Shown here one piece after another: positions 37,188-49,532 of a stretch of DNA of 64,000 nt. Under the pieces are notes generated by a model, which had not been told where the DNA came from, did not search any database, and was given only the letters and a program-made list of their open reading frames with translations. The stretch covers positions 434,001 to 498,000 of the forward strand of contig NW_020845812.1 of the NCBI RefSeq assembly GCF_003704095.1. Direction: 5' to 3'. Made by a program: the position numbers and the translations under genes. Each line of letters opens with the position of its first letter. Within the stretch, counting starts at the first letter, position 1. The stretch comes from Pocillopora damicornis. Taxonomy: Eukaryota.

Positions 37188-38795
37188 CATAACCGACTCG
37201 AAGAATGATGAAGACGGCAATGATTGTAATTAATACCCGAAAAATCGTGGAAGTAAGAATAATATAATAACATTTTTCTGGGAACTAACAGATTTTTTCA
37301 TGAAAAGACAAAATCGAAAATATAAAGTCTATCATATCTTCCTTTTTGTTCTGTCTGTTAAATCAGACGGTGTTTACGGACATCGGATTACATGGAAATA
37401 ACAATTAGCTCATGTATGGCCGGAGAAAAAAACTTCGACGTCTTGTCAGTTTTTTTAAAGCGCCATGACAAAGATAGTGATAGTGATTAGGATGCTTTCG
37501 TTTAAACATTTACTATTTTCATCATTAGTATTTCCATTATTATAATTATCTCCATTACCATTATTATTTTCATTATTATCATGGATACTGCCATCATTAC
37601 TATGATGTCATTGCTGCTTTTTTAGAAGTATCAGTGATTTATATGCAAAAACCGTTTAAGTTATCAGAAAAAGCAGAAGTACACTGCTGTTGTCCGAGTT
37701 GAAAAAAATAAAACAACCTCTCCATACTATATATGTTTTTGAGTTCTTGATACGTATTTTTTTCATTAAAATCGCACAAAGTCGCTTTTCAGCTTGTTTC
37801 CGTTGCTAATAAGTTCTTTGCATATGATCATTAATTTACATCTGGTGTCTACGAGACATCTCAACTATTGTCAAGTGTTATAGCTGTAAAACCCAGATTA
37901 TTCTATGCGTGGTAATAAACTATTGGCTAAAAATAAGACAGGATGATCTTATGTAAATGAAAACTGTGAGATGGTGGACAGAAATCTAGCTAAAAAGTGT
38001 TGGTTCTTTTCAGCTCTCTCCTGAGCTTTACTCTCATTATTATAAACACTGAGCAACTACATGACCCACTGTAGATGGAAATAAGAAAGATGGTAAGTTT
38101 TGAACTCGGTAAAGAAATAAAGAAAGATGTTTTTCGTCTTGTCACAAGCGTTGGAGTCAGTTTTTTTTTCTTTGTCCCACGCTCGCGACAAGACGAAAAA
38201 CATCTTTCTTTACATGACTCATTGTTACCCATAACTCTTTCAAAAGACTTGCATTGCGTTCGCGTGAAATTCTAAACACATCCGACATTTGACAAAAATG
38301 AAGCAAATTTTGGATTCGTTGGCTTTTTAACTTGTCTATTATGTACCCTACTTCAGAAACGGTGTCACCTAAAAAGCTTGATCTATGAACGAATTATGGG
38401 AAATGTTCGTACAGTTAATCGGTGATTCTCTTTCCTCGTGTCTCATGGGAAATCATTTTTTTTCATGATGATTATTTTTTTTCAGGAATTGAAACCTTGA
38501 AAAGCTACTATCATTTCCCGAGTGCAAAAAACGGTTTTTATCATGTACATCTGACTCATAAAGCCGTATGGCCTCATGGTTCATTTTAGACGCTTTTTGG
38601 TGTCAACGAATTTATATACTCAAACAAGGACATCACCTTGGTGTCGGTGAAAGTGGTAAATATTTACCCCCACCGCACTGGAAATTTTAACAGCTATGGG
38701 AGAAATACAAATAACTGAGATGCCCTCGTCAAAAAGTCTTCAGTTTTATTTTTAATACAACACTAGTAACTTTTCTTTGATCAGTCAAAGTTTTT

Positions 38796-40943
38796 CTACA
38801 GCTCGGCGTTACATGAGTTGGCAAACAGTGCATCACTGACGAGTTGAATTCCAACCTTCTCGACGAAGTTTGAATATTGTTTTATAATGGGGGAGTTACA
38901 GTTTATTTCACTGGCCTTAGTCTTGTAGCATGCAAACCACTCGACTGAATCTCTACAAATACGTTGGTTTTCCTTCATCAAATCTAGAAATTTTTTGCTA
39001 CATGTCCTGTGAACTTGAACAGCACAAGAGTTGAAAAAATCGTCTTGATCTGAAAAACCGAGAACAGCAACGCAGCATGAACAATTAGCACCCTGCTTTA
39101 AAAGTGATTCATAGAAGTTTGCATCGGTTTCATTTATTCCATTTAGTTTGGAACAAGAGCACAGAATTAATTAATTAGCATTTTACAGAATTTTCTGATT
39201 CAAATTCGTCCAGAGGCCTTATATCACATGCTAAGAATAGCAACATGAATTTCTGAAATGTCGGACACATCATAATTATAAACATTCCTTGCCAAATTAA
39301 GAAAAAAAAAAACAAAACAAAACCAGAAACAAACTTGAGCTAGCAGTGAAATTTGGAACTTTAGGTACTCCTTCTTTTCCTTTGGGCGAGGAATTACGTT
39401 AAGAAAAAACTGACCAAAGAGAAGTTCTCTTACCTAAGTTTTCCACCAACATGTATCCCGCGGCAGCACCTGTGGCAGAAATAGAGTTTTGCTTAAAGGC
39501 CATGTTTTGTCATTGATCTTAAATTGCAATTTGGACTCGGATGGCTGGATTCAGATAAAATAATATAATGATGGTTTGAAGCATGAATGCAAAGGCACTG
39601 TGTCTAGATATTATAAAAATGTTACCCTTTTTAAACTAAAGTGCACATCTAGCAAAATGGAACAACTCGAAGCGACATCATCCAAATCGAGATTAGCCGA
39701 AGACAACATCTATTCTATTTCACCTGTCTTCTCACTGGTATCCTTAAGGCCTTCATGGTTAACCCTTGGACAAACCTTCAGTTTTACTTCTAGCATTGCC
39801 TCTTGCAAAATCCACAAACGAAATCGGTTTATTGATTGTCCTTGGCAAGAAGGATTTTCAGCAAAGCAATCGACCACTCCCTTCGGTTTAATCAGAAAAT
39901 AACTCTTTTAGATCCTATGACGCAAGAATTCATTTTCTACTGTAATAATATACATTAAAAATTACACGCTTCTAATCGAATGAAAAACGAATGCATTCTC
40001 ATGTAATACGAGTGAAAAATTGTAACACGAAAGCAAAATTGTAACACGTCTTCAAATTACAAATAGCGTGCGCACACTTTTAAAATTTCGTCTGTCTTGA
40101 CTTTACAAATGTTCTTTCATGCACACTAATAACAAGTAGTAACATGATTTCTCGGGCAGTTTGGTGTAATAAGCGCTTGTAAATTGCACTTTTCTGACGG
40201 GCTCGTGCCTTTTGCTGTTTAGCAAAAATTTTTTCGTGCTTATTAACATTAAATTGTACCCAAAATCATCTTATTACCTTTACTTAATTGAGATGGTGCA
40301 ATTTACATTTTAAAGTGAATATTCCTTCCGGAGTGGGGGAGGGGGGGGAGGGGGGGCATCGTCAGCCGAGGAACGAAGTAAGCCTTCCTTTTATAGAGGC
40401 TCGTAGGAGTTTTGGAAGATTATACCAAAAATATTTATAATAATGACGAAAACCCCTAAGAACAAGCATTTTATACCCAAGGAAATATCGGATTGGGACA
40501 ATAGGGCCTGTCTTAAAATCAAATTATCATGCAAATATTGTTCCGGATTGTTCTAGTTTCGATAAAAAAAACTACTCTGTCTCAAATGAGATATCTATCC
40601 GAGAAATGTCTCCAAAGGAGAGGTTACCCTATATATCGTACTTTCTCCAGATCGGGACATGAACCGTCGTGGAATTGATGGGAAATAAAAGGAAAAAAGA
40701 CTGCCTTGCCTTAAGCATAACATTCATGGAGACTTGATCAGAAATTTTCCTTAATATCGTCAGTCTTACCTGTACACGTGTACAATGCTGTTCATTATTT
40801 GGTTTTTCCTTTACAAGTTCTCTATAGCGAGAAATGCATCTGTGTAGCAACTCGGTTTCACAGTTATTTGCTCGTACAGAGGTGAGCAAGAGGGACATAC
40901 TAAAAATCAGAATAAGCACTCCAATTTTTCTTGATGCTGTCAT
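38796..40943 (-). CDS. Uncharacterized signal-peptide protein with two 6-Cys domains and C-terminal NAEL (paralog A), 4 coding exons, 206 aa
   Basis: Exons 40943-40770, 39880-39724, 39469-39434, 39049-38796; GT-AG, phases 0/1/1, 621 nt. MTASRKIGVLILIFSMSLLLTSVRA-NNCETELLHRC..HCTRVQGVVDCFAENPSC..VCP..SCAVQVHRTC..IC..AC..NC..SCNAEL*. Same architecture as paralog B. Confidence 0.85.
39945..40288. repeat. Interspersed repeat (probable MITE) in intron 1 of paralog A
   Basis: Internal AAAATTGTAACACG duplication and a terminus CAAAATCATCTTATTACC that I recall from a common anthozoan repeat; single copy in this window. Confidence 0.35.
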
Positions 40944-43621
40944 GATGGCCGAGTTGAAATCTGTAGAAAGACAAAAGTTGGTAACGTACATCCAATGTTA
41001 CTACCTTTCCTACGTGTGACCAAACGTGCTGATAGAGGGAGCCGTATTGTATTGATTTCTTTTATTCCCTCCATGATTTGACGAGAAAAATCACGCCACC
41101 CTCTCAATTAAGTGCAATCAGATACAAAATTAAACAAATGGTGACGTTTTCATTCTATTTTCGCGCGCTTATGATTATCGGTTCTCGGTATATTTTCCTT
41201 TGTCCCAACTGATACTTTTCTTGGACTCGGATGTAGGAGACTTAATCGAAAATTCGTTGCACGCGTTGTTAAAAAATGTTTCAAGCAATCAAGCTCTATT
41301 GGTAACAAGCTAACTTCAGAAAATCCTATCCAGTTCTAAGGTTTTGTTGTAGTTATTCAGTAAGTGTTACTTCAGTCCTCATGAACAAGAACACTAATCA
41401 GTGCTAACACTCTAAACAACTGTCGCTGTTTTGGCACTGAAGCACAGGCTTTACAACTGTTTTGTTTTATTTATTTGTTCTGCTCGAAAAGTCAGTTCCT
41501 TATAGCAAGTGTCTTCTAATTGGCAGTGTTTGGATAGCCTGGTCCGTCTTATAGCATCCATCTTGAAAATAACATAGTCAGAAATTATCAAAGGAGAGTA
41601 GATTTTATTTTCACAAGAGGAACATATCAGTACATCCACCCATGAAAAACAAAAATTGTCTTCGAATGCACTTCGTGTGACAAAGCGTTTTCTATATACC
41701 TCGCACTAAAGTTATCCTGAATGAAAACAAAATGAAGTAATTTTCAGTTTCTTCGAGAGAAAATCAAGAATTCCCTCAAGAAGCCACACCGACGTTTTCA
41801 TGCTGCTTTTTGGGTGGATATGTGCTGTCTACTTCACTCAATCCTAATCCTTGTGGTAAATTTACTAACAGGAAAAGGGTTTGCGTTTCCTTACATATAG
41901 GTACAGTGCTGCTAATGAATGTTTAAAGGTACGATATGGTTTATTGAAATGAGAGTGGAATACTAGTTATGAATAGTTCGTCTACCGTTTAGAATGACTG
42001 TAGTTTGAATTTAAATAAACTACACTCTTTTAGTGCACTGGCGATATTTCATTCTCTTTACTTAAGAATTATGTGCAAGATATTTCTTCACTGAAAATGC
42101 GACCGGCCAGTGATACTTTAACGACTACTAAATTGTTCAGAATTTTGCAAATAATCGTTGATTTTTCTTTGCGGTCTTAACAACCTGGAGCTGAATTAAT
42201 GAACAACCTTTTAATGAACCGATTTACCGCCATCCCCCGAAAGTTTTCGGGATCACTCAAAGGAAAAAGGGAGGGGCTTTCTTTCTTTAACACAAGTCTT
42301 TTTACAGCCCAAATATGAAATGGTGAAAAGAACACGTTTCTTGTCATTCAGTGTGAGCTTAATTAATATTAAGAAATCTGTACCTCTTTCTTTTGTTGAA
42401 CTTGAAGCTAACTTAAAGGTTCCTCTTCTGCTCTTCAAAATATAAGTATACCCAATTTCAAAGCTAGTGCATTCACTTTAAAGAGTGATCTTTCATAAGC
42501 ACAGTTTTTCTTTTATACGTAGATAAGGGAAATTTCTCAAGAAAGCAGCTGCAAAAAATAAATATTCAATGACATTTGAGAAATTTTACAAAAAGGCAAC
42601 TGCAATAAAGTAAACATGATTATTGAATAATTTTTCGCGTCCGTCTATTAAAAACAGCAAGTAGAGCCTTGTTATCTCAAACTACAAAGACGAAACTAAA
42701 CCGGTTTGGATATCATGGAGTTCAAGGTGTTTTTTCCGGTAAATGACTAAAAATTTTTCAAGGGAAATTACGTCAAGCTCGACCTCACCGCTGAGTAAAG
42801 TCAGTTAGGTTCCACTGAGTGATGGTAATTGACTTTTGTCCGATAAAATTTCCTGAATATCAAAGAATGAGCGACAACGACTTACGTGTATTATTGAATA
42901 TCATCCCCAATCAATAAAGCATTAACGGATGAACTTAGATTTCAAATTAAAACATCGATGACATAGATTCCGTATTCATCGTCTTGATTTGAAAATGATG
43001 ATGTACAAATAGCGGCTAAAGTGTTTCACGGAAATTGGTCGGTAAGCTGAGTCAGAAAGATAAGACAAAAACAGAAAAAAAGATACTGAAACACTCTAAG
43101 TTTGACAACTTATAATTCACAGGTGAAATAAAAAATAAGAAATCTGCGATGTAACTTCTTCCAATCTCGCTTGATTCGTTTCAATTCACTACAATCGGTT
43201 TAACACGAACCGGACTTGAAACGCCCCCAGAAAAACACAAATAATATTTACAATGATGACGGTTTGAAGAAGGTGATAACAAGCTTACTTTATGATCTGA
43301 AAGGAAATGGAAGCCTCGTTTCATTTGTAAAAGAAACATACAAACCTTAATTTTGAAATTGAATAACTGAAACTTGGTATTGATGACTAACCGGTATTGC
43401 CGATTTAAATTTATCGCATTCATTTTCATGAACGACTCGTACACCCCGTTGTTTGAATTTATTTTTGGCGGGGGAATAAAAGCAAATTGTGACCGAATTA
43501 TACAACGGAGAAAAAAATACGATGAAGTTTTCACTCTTTTTATTATGCATTAGAGAACGAGAGTACTCATTTGCAACTGCTCGCAAGTTTTTTTTTCGGC
43601 AACGGTTCAACTCGAACTGTT

Positions 43622-43820
43622 TCACAGCTCAGACCGTTTACAGTCGCTCGCCAGTTCTGGTGCTAATTCTGCAACAAAATTAGCGAAGGGGACGATAACC
43701 AACCACTCGTCACAAGTGCTTCCCTTATAGCATTCCAGCCAGTAGCTGCCATCGTCCCGGATACGATGGCTTTTCCGTAAATTTGTGCTGTGCACGGCTT
43801 TTCCTCGTGAAATGTATCGA
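43622..43820 (-). pseudogene. Decayed duplicate of the last exon of paralog B
   Basis: EEKPCTAQIY/RKSHRIRDDGSYWLECYKGSTCD..FVAELAPELASDCKRSEL* versus B: KDKQCATQIH..RKNHRICDDGGYWLKCYGESGCD..FVAELAPKLVSDCKRSEL*. Carries a ~34-nt frameshifting deletion and a Cys>Arg change; no acceptor AG at the homologous site. Confidence 0.8.
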
Positions 43821-45952
43821 AGGAAAACATATCAGTGAATGAACATGGATCACAGACGGCGATAAGCAATATTCGTAGTGCCAAGGCAATGTATGTGAAT
43901 TGATAAGAAAAACGATGTGAGTGGAATTGGCAGTATTACAACACGATATATTTAATTAAGATGGACTCAAGTAACTGAAGTCCACGGTAACGGGTTGGGC
44001 ATATGATAATCATGCATATTCAGCCTGCTCGTGTGTAGTCAAGTAACCTACAAAAAAAAGCATAATTCACGAGCTACTTCTGGTTTTGCAAAGGTTCGCT
44101 GATGACTCGTCCTCTTATGTATTAGGTATCCCATTGTGAATCTTTACACGCCCAAACAGAATGGTTGTGTAAAGATTCACAATGACCGTAGTAGAATAAA
44201 ACTGTCCATGATAAACTTATTCTCGCCTTTGAAGTCGCAAACTGCAGTTGTGTTTTTTCAGATTGAATATTGTGGCGATACTTTCGTTCTGTACTCTAGC
44301 CTGCAATGCAGACGTTTTATTTGGGCGAGTCAACCGTTAAGACACTTGCGATCGTTTATTCAATCGGCCACGTTTGATTTGGAGTTAGAATCAACGGTGG
44401 GGGGAGGGGGCGGGGAAAGACTGAAGGAATATTCACTGCCCCACCCCCTCCCTTCTCTCTCAACTCCTCGGTACAAATTTCGAGCACTCGCCCGCCAAAA
44501 TTACGCCTTCTCTGCAAGTTATCTGTCCTCGAGCTTTACATCAAAACTAAGGCCAGTGTTCCGGGATACAATATAGGCAAACAAATTATTGACGATAGGA
44601 GTGAATTAGCAACTTCATTAGTTACTAACCACGTACGCTTGGTATTCAAGTACTCATTGGCGCTTCTAGGCCGTGCAACATTTTTGAGGACGACGGAGGA
44701 AATATAACCATCATTTGGTGGATCATAATCGCCAGATTATCCAAAAAAAGTAAGGTCCTCTTATAATCTGCAGGATAGTAGTTGTATCAGTTTTGCTTTG
44801 TTCTGTTTTGTTCTTACAGGACACAAATCAAGAAACTTGTCCAATGTTGTAACTATCATAGTACTCGTCCTCTCCGCCGTCACCTTTGAAGTTTCTAATT
44901 AGCCAAAGGCAGAGAAATGCCTGAATAAAAACTTTTGGTTGGGCTTTTGAAATTTTTCCCTGAACCGTTCATTTAAAACAATCTTGTTTCCCAAACATTT
45001 ATGAACAAAGTAAGCTAAGATCTATATCATGGAGGACAAGTGCATAGCACCTGTTGTATACAGTTCAGGCCAGGTTCCTCCCACGTACTTAGCAAACTTT
45101 CGGCTTCGTTGATTCTACCGTGCGAGCATGCTCTCATTTGCACCGCCACACGTGTGACGAAACTCTCGTGTCTCCAGTCGGCAAGCAGTGTGTGTCAGCG
45201 AGAGGTCTGCGAGAGTTCTGGCATAAAAACAAGCGCCATACAGGTGCCCGTTTTCATTAATACTGCGAACTCTTAGTTTTCTTCATAAATAGATCTGATT
45301 TAATTCAGTTATATACTGCAAGAAGCCAATCACTGATAACACGTCTCATCATTTAACTCCCTCCCTCCGTCTCTACACAACAGTTAACTTAAAGGTAACT
45401 CCAAGTCGAGTTGTTGTTGGGTTTTTTCACAGTGCTTTTCAATTGTCCTTTTTGAACGGTAAGTTTACCAGCAGGAACAACTTGAGTGCAAATGAGCTGA
45501 GCTCAATTCGAAAACTAAGTCGTAGATACCGAGGAAATCAATAATGTGTTGGTGAAAACTCCTAACGTGTTTAAGGTTTTCCTCGATAGAAACTCCAGTC
45601 GTTTCTTGTATCATTCACTAGGGTTTTCTTCCGATTAACGATAAAAGCTAACGACTGTGATGAACAACCTAGCCGGGACTATGTGCTTTTAAAACAACCT
45701 TATTTTAACTACCGACTGAAAAGGGTCATACACAATGACCTTAGCAGACGTCGTAATAGACGGCTTTCGGAGGAGAAGTCCTAAGGATATTACATGAGTG
45801 GTAGGTTTCAAATTGACTTAACTCAATGTTTAGTAGACATAAATAACGATAAAAAATACTATCCACAATGAAGTTTTCACTTTTAATCTGCATAAGGGAA
45901 CATGAATACTAATTTGCAACTGGTTATACTAATTTTTTGATCCCAAATGGTT

Positions 45953-47726
45953 TCACAGCTCAGACCGCTTACAGTCACTGACTAGTTTTGGTGCCAATTC
46001 TGCAACAAACTTTGCGTAGCGGACAATCGCCGACTCCTTGTCACAACCGCTTTCCCCATAGCATTTTAGCCAATAGCCACCATCATCACAAATGCGATGA
46101 TTTTTTCGGACCAGCTCAACGAACTGCTTCTTGCAGGATTTGTGGATTTGGGTTGCGCACTGCTTGTCCTTAGCAGATATAGCTATGAAGGTAATATTTG
46201 TGAAAATGAGCATGTACTAAAGGCTTAATCTAATTAGAAATTTTCCTTACTGTCTGCCATACTATTCTTGTGATGTGAGCATAGTGAATTTGGTATGGGA
46301 GAACTAACAATCCCCTAATTGATATTTCTCTTTATTCCTATCACTACTCTGCTTGAGTTGTAACGATATCATATGGAGAAAATCTCTCTTGGTCACTCGT
46401 GGGAGTTAAAGGTAAACTATCTTAAAACCGTTACCTTGTCATTTAACTCTAGATGAGCAGAAGGGGCACGAGCTCAAACCTTCTACTATAGAGAGGTAGA
46501 GCTACATTTTTAAGATGAGTTTCACTTCTTAAGAAAAATTCAGTTGTAGATATTATTCAGACTTTCCTACAATGTTTTTCTAATTCCTATTAGCCACTTA
46601 CGTTTCGCCTTTAACCGCTCATAGATGCGTCTTGGTTTGGCTACATGTTTAGGGTAAGAAAAGGGAAATGGAAATGATTTGTGAGAAGAGTAGATAAGCA
46701 AAAAAACACACGGGGATAAGGAAGATCATTAATCGGCGTTATAAAACGTAGGCCATATCGATCGTGAAAGATAAAAGAAAAACTGCACGAGATATTGTTA
46801 AACCCTCCTTCGAATTATTAGTCACGGTGTGGAATGTAGCAAAGTGGGTAAGTAAAAAGAGGAGAATAGACTACGACTCTTTTTTTCGAACCACAGTCAA
46901 CACTATATATATGTTCTTACAGTCATCTGGAAGGTATTCGTAGAACTTTTGCAGCTGCTGATCGTCCCTTGGGCATATGTCAAGAAACTTCTCCAAAGTT
47001 GCAATCATTAATACCCACCCTCTCCACCGTCTTATGTTTTGACCCTTGCAGTCTCTGTTTGACCAAAAGCAGCCAAATACCTCCTACAGTAGTAAAATGG
47101 TATAACTATAATAACATCCGTAATGTGGATGAGTTTCTTCAGCTTTTGAAAGCTACAATTTCGTGAAGTCTGTATTTGCAAGTATTATATTTTACAAGGT
47201 CCATGGGATTTTATCAGGGAATCTATTATTATCAAGCTAGCATAAGGATACGATATCTTCCGTGATAAACTCTTTTGGTATGAATCTGTGAACAGCCAAA
47301 TTATTAAAAAGACGCGAGTTCTACTTCCCTGTTTTGGGAAAGAAGTTTTTATCTACATTTTCTTTCTTAGTTCAGTTTAATTCATCAAAACCAATGCGAT
47401 GAAAGTGCATTTATGACAATATTTATACATCTGGTGATAGGTATAAACCTTTAAGGACAACTTACATGAAAAATGTTTTTTCGCAATTCTCTGTGAACAG
47501 AATTAAAGTCAGACGGCTCATTTGCAACGTTTTGTAAATTCCTGTATTTTTAAAACCTACTCATCTATTAAGTTACCTTTAAGCGCGTACAGTGAGAGCC
47601 CTCGTCTGGTTTCTTGTCCAACAGGGTCACATAAGATTTTGTGCATTTTTTTACCAGTTCTCTTTCACATGCATCAGAAAATGAAGTCAAGCAAAGAAGA
47701 ATAGCCAGGCAAAGCAACCACTTCAT
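45953..47726 (-). CDS. Uncharacterized signal-peptide protein with two 6-Cys domains and C-terminal RSEL (paralog B), 4 coding exons, 193 aa
   Basis: Exons 47726-47577, 47083-46921, 46640-46602, 46182-45953; GT-AG, phases 0/1/1, 582 nt. MKWLLCLAILLCLTSFSDA-CERELVKKC..HCTRLKEVFGCFWSNRDC..ICP..QCATQIHKSC..IC..KC..GC..DCKRSEL*. Confidence 0.87.
46225..46415. mobile_element. Partial TTAA-family MITE in intron 3 of paralog B
   Basis: Right end GGTCACTCGTGGGAGTTAAAGG and the body resemble 10917-11128. Confidence 0.55.
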
Positions 47727-47886
47727 TTTGATTTGAATCTGAAAAGAAGAAGAATAAAAAAATATGCCGAGAAACAAAAGTTATTAAAGCTGATCACCAT
47801 CTGATTTACAGCCGTTCCAACGTCGTAACTCGCGGCCCAGCCATCTGGAAAGAACGTCGGCATGATCCGTTTGAATTCCATGAGCA

Positions 47887-47894
47887 TTTTTATA
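47887..47894 (-). promoter_or_regulatory. Putative TATA box of paralog B
   Basis: TATAAAAA on the minus strand, upstream of a candidate short 5' UTR exon (~47860-47799) and the acceptor at 47739. Confidence 0.4.
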
Positions 47895-49359
47895 CTGACT
47901 CATTCGCTTAACAGTAGATGAACATCCGACACGTAGTCGGGAGGTTTGAGGTTAAGATCATCATTGAGGACTTAGATTATTTTCATTTTGCACAAACAAA
48001 TTTTTAAGTTCCTCTATATTAGCTTTGTCTAGAGGATACAGCCCTAAATAGCAGTTTAAGCGGTAGACCCTAGAGAAAGTTTACTTTTTCCGCGCACTTG
48101 CAAAATATCGACAATCCGTCGTGACTAGAAACAGGTGCGACATTATTTAACCTTCCTTTTCCACCAATTTTTTTTGTCTCAACCGAAAGTGACCACAGAG
48201 TATTTATTTGGTTCAGTTTACTGAGGTATAACTTGAAAACATAGAGGGGGAAATAATAAGGTTTGAAACGATGTCCAAAAGGCGACCTTGAAATGTTACA
48301 GATATACTGTGACAAACTACAGACGAAGCAGTTCATTTAATCAGTTAGTATTTCTACGCTTGGTGCCTCAGTTTATATTATTACGTTCATCACCGTTACG
48401 CCACAAAATTAGTTAGTGGAAAATAGGATATACCCTCCAGCTAAGCGAGTGTTTGGAATTTACAGATCCCAAGAAACAGTCTCTTTCCCTGAAGAATTTT
48501 GAATCAATATCGCTCTTTTTTCTTTTGTTTACTCACGAAACTGAGAAAAAATGCATACGGCTGGACTTTTCAGAATCGTTTTGGTACCATACACGCACCT
48601 TCAATTTTTAGCAGCAATCTTTAAAAATGCGAAGGAAAAGTAACTCAAGTCTTAACTAACTACCTTAATCAACTCCAATGCTGAAGTTATACGATTTTGG
48701 ATAAAAGACACCTACTTTTTTAAAATGCCGTGGCAAGAATCGTTCCGAGCTTATCCTTCTACAGGGGTTCAAGCCATCTGGAATTAAGAACTTTGATAGA
48801 TTAGAAAATACTTATTTTCATACTTTCAAATTAATTTCCGTTTTTTGTTGACTCATGGACGTGTGAGAAGTAAATAAAATTGGCTTGTAATGAATCAGCT
48901 TTGGTGCTAAATATACATGTCAAGTTTTAAAACCATCTTTCTTTTTTCCTAATTTTGCGACTGTTAAACAATAGTCATTATTTCTTTCCCTTTTTTTTTC
49001 TGCACTCTTCGACCAGTTTTATGCATATGTTCCTCCCAATCCAAGCTTTCAGGAATTAATAAAAATATAAAAGCACCGATGTTTGTCATTATCGATAATA
49101 AAACGTTCTGCTAATGTCATTTAGTTTGAAGCTTTGTTTTTTTTGCTCATTAAATTCCTATCAATCAAATTTTCGGTTTTCAACTGCAATTGTATCGCAG
49201 TTATTACTCCTCACTGTAACGCTTTGTTCTACTTCGGTTTATCAGACCTGTTGTTGATACTGTGATATTCATTTCTCTAGCGTTTTCTGCGACGGCGCCT
49301 TTGAAGTGCAAGAAAGTCAAACATCTTAGTTAACCGGTCATGTCTCCTCGTACCAGGAT

Positions 49360-49532
49360 TTACACTTTAACTCCCCCAGCTGGTATCCATTCGTTTCTTT
49401 GTTGCCTGCTAGGGAGAATTTTATAACATGGGAATAAACATTCCCAATTTGATACTTTCCTTGTCTCTCATTACGTACCTGCTTGACAGTCAATCAATAC
49501 AAACGATTCACTGATTGTAGTGGAAGGGTTAA
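49360..49532. mobile_element. Degenerate TTAA-family MITE
   Basis: TTTAACTCCC start, GGAGAATTT core, AAGGGTTAA end. Confidence 0.5.

Noticed and set aside
37505-37600. (ATT/CATT)n-rich stretch after GPCR1
   Set aside because: Degenerate microsatellite.
45040-45276. GC-richer patch between paralog B and the pseudo-exon, possibly a decayed first exon of a third paralog
   Set aside because: The minus-strand ATG frame (MKTGTCMALVF..) stops after 20 codons, and I could not align the Cys pattern.
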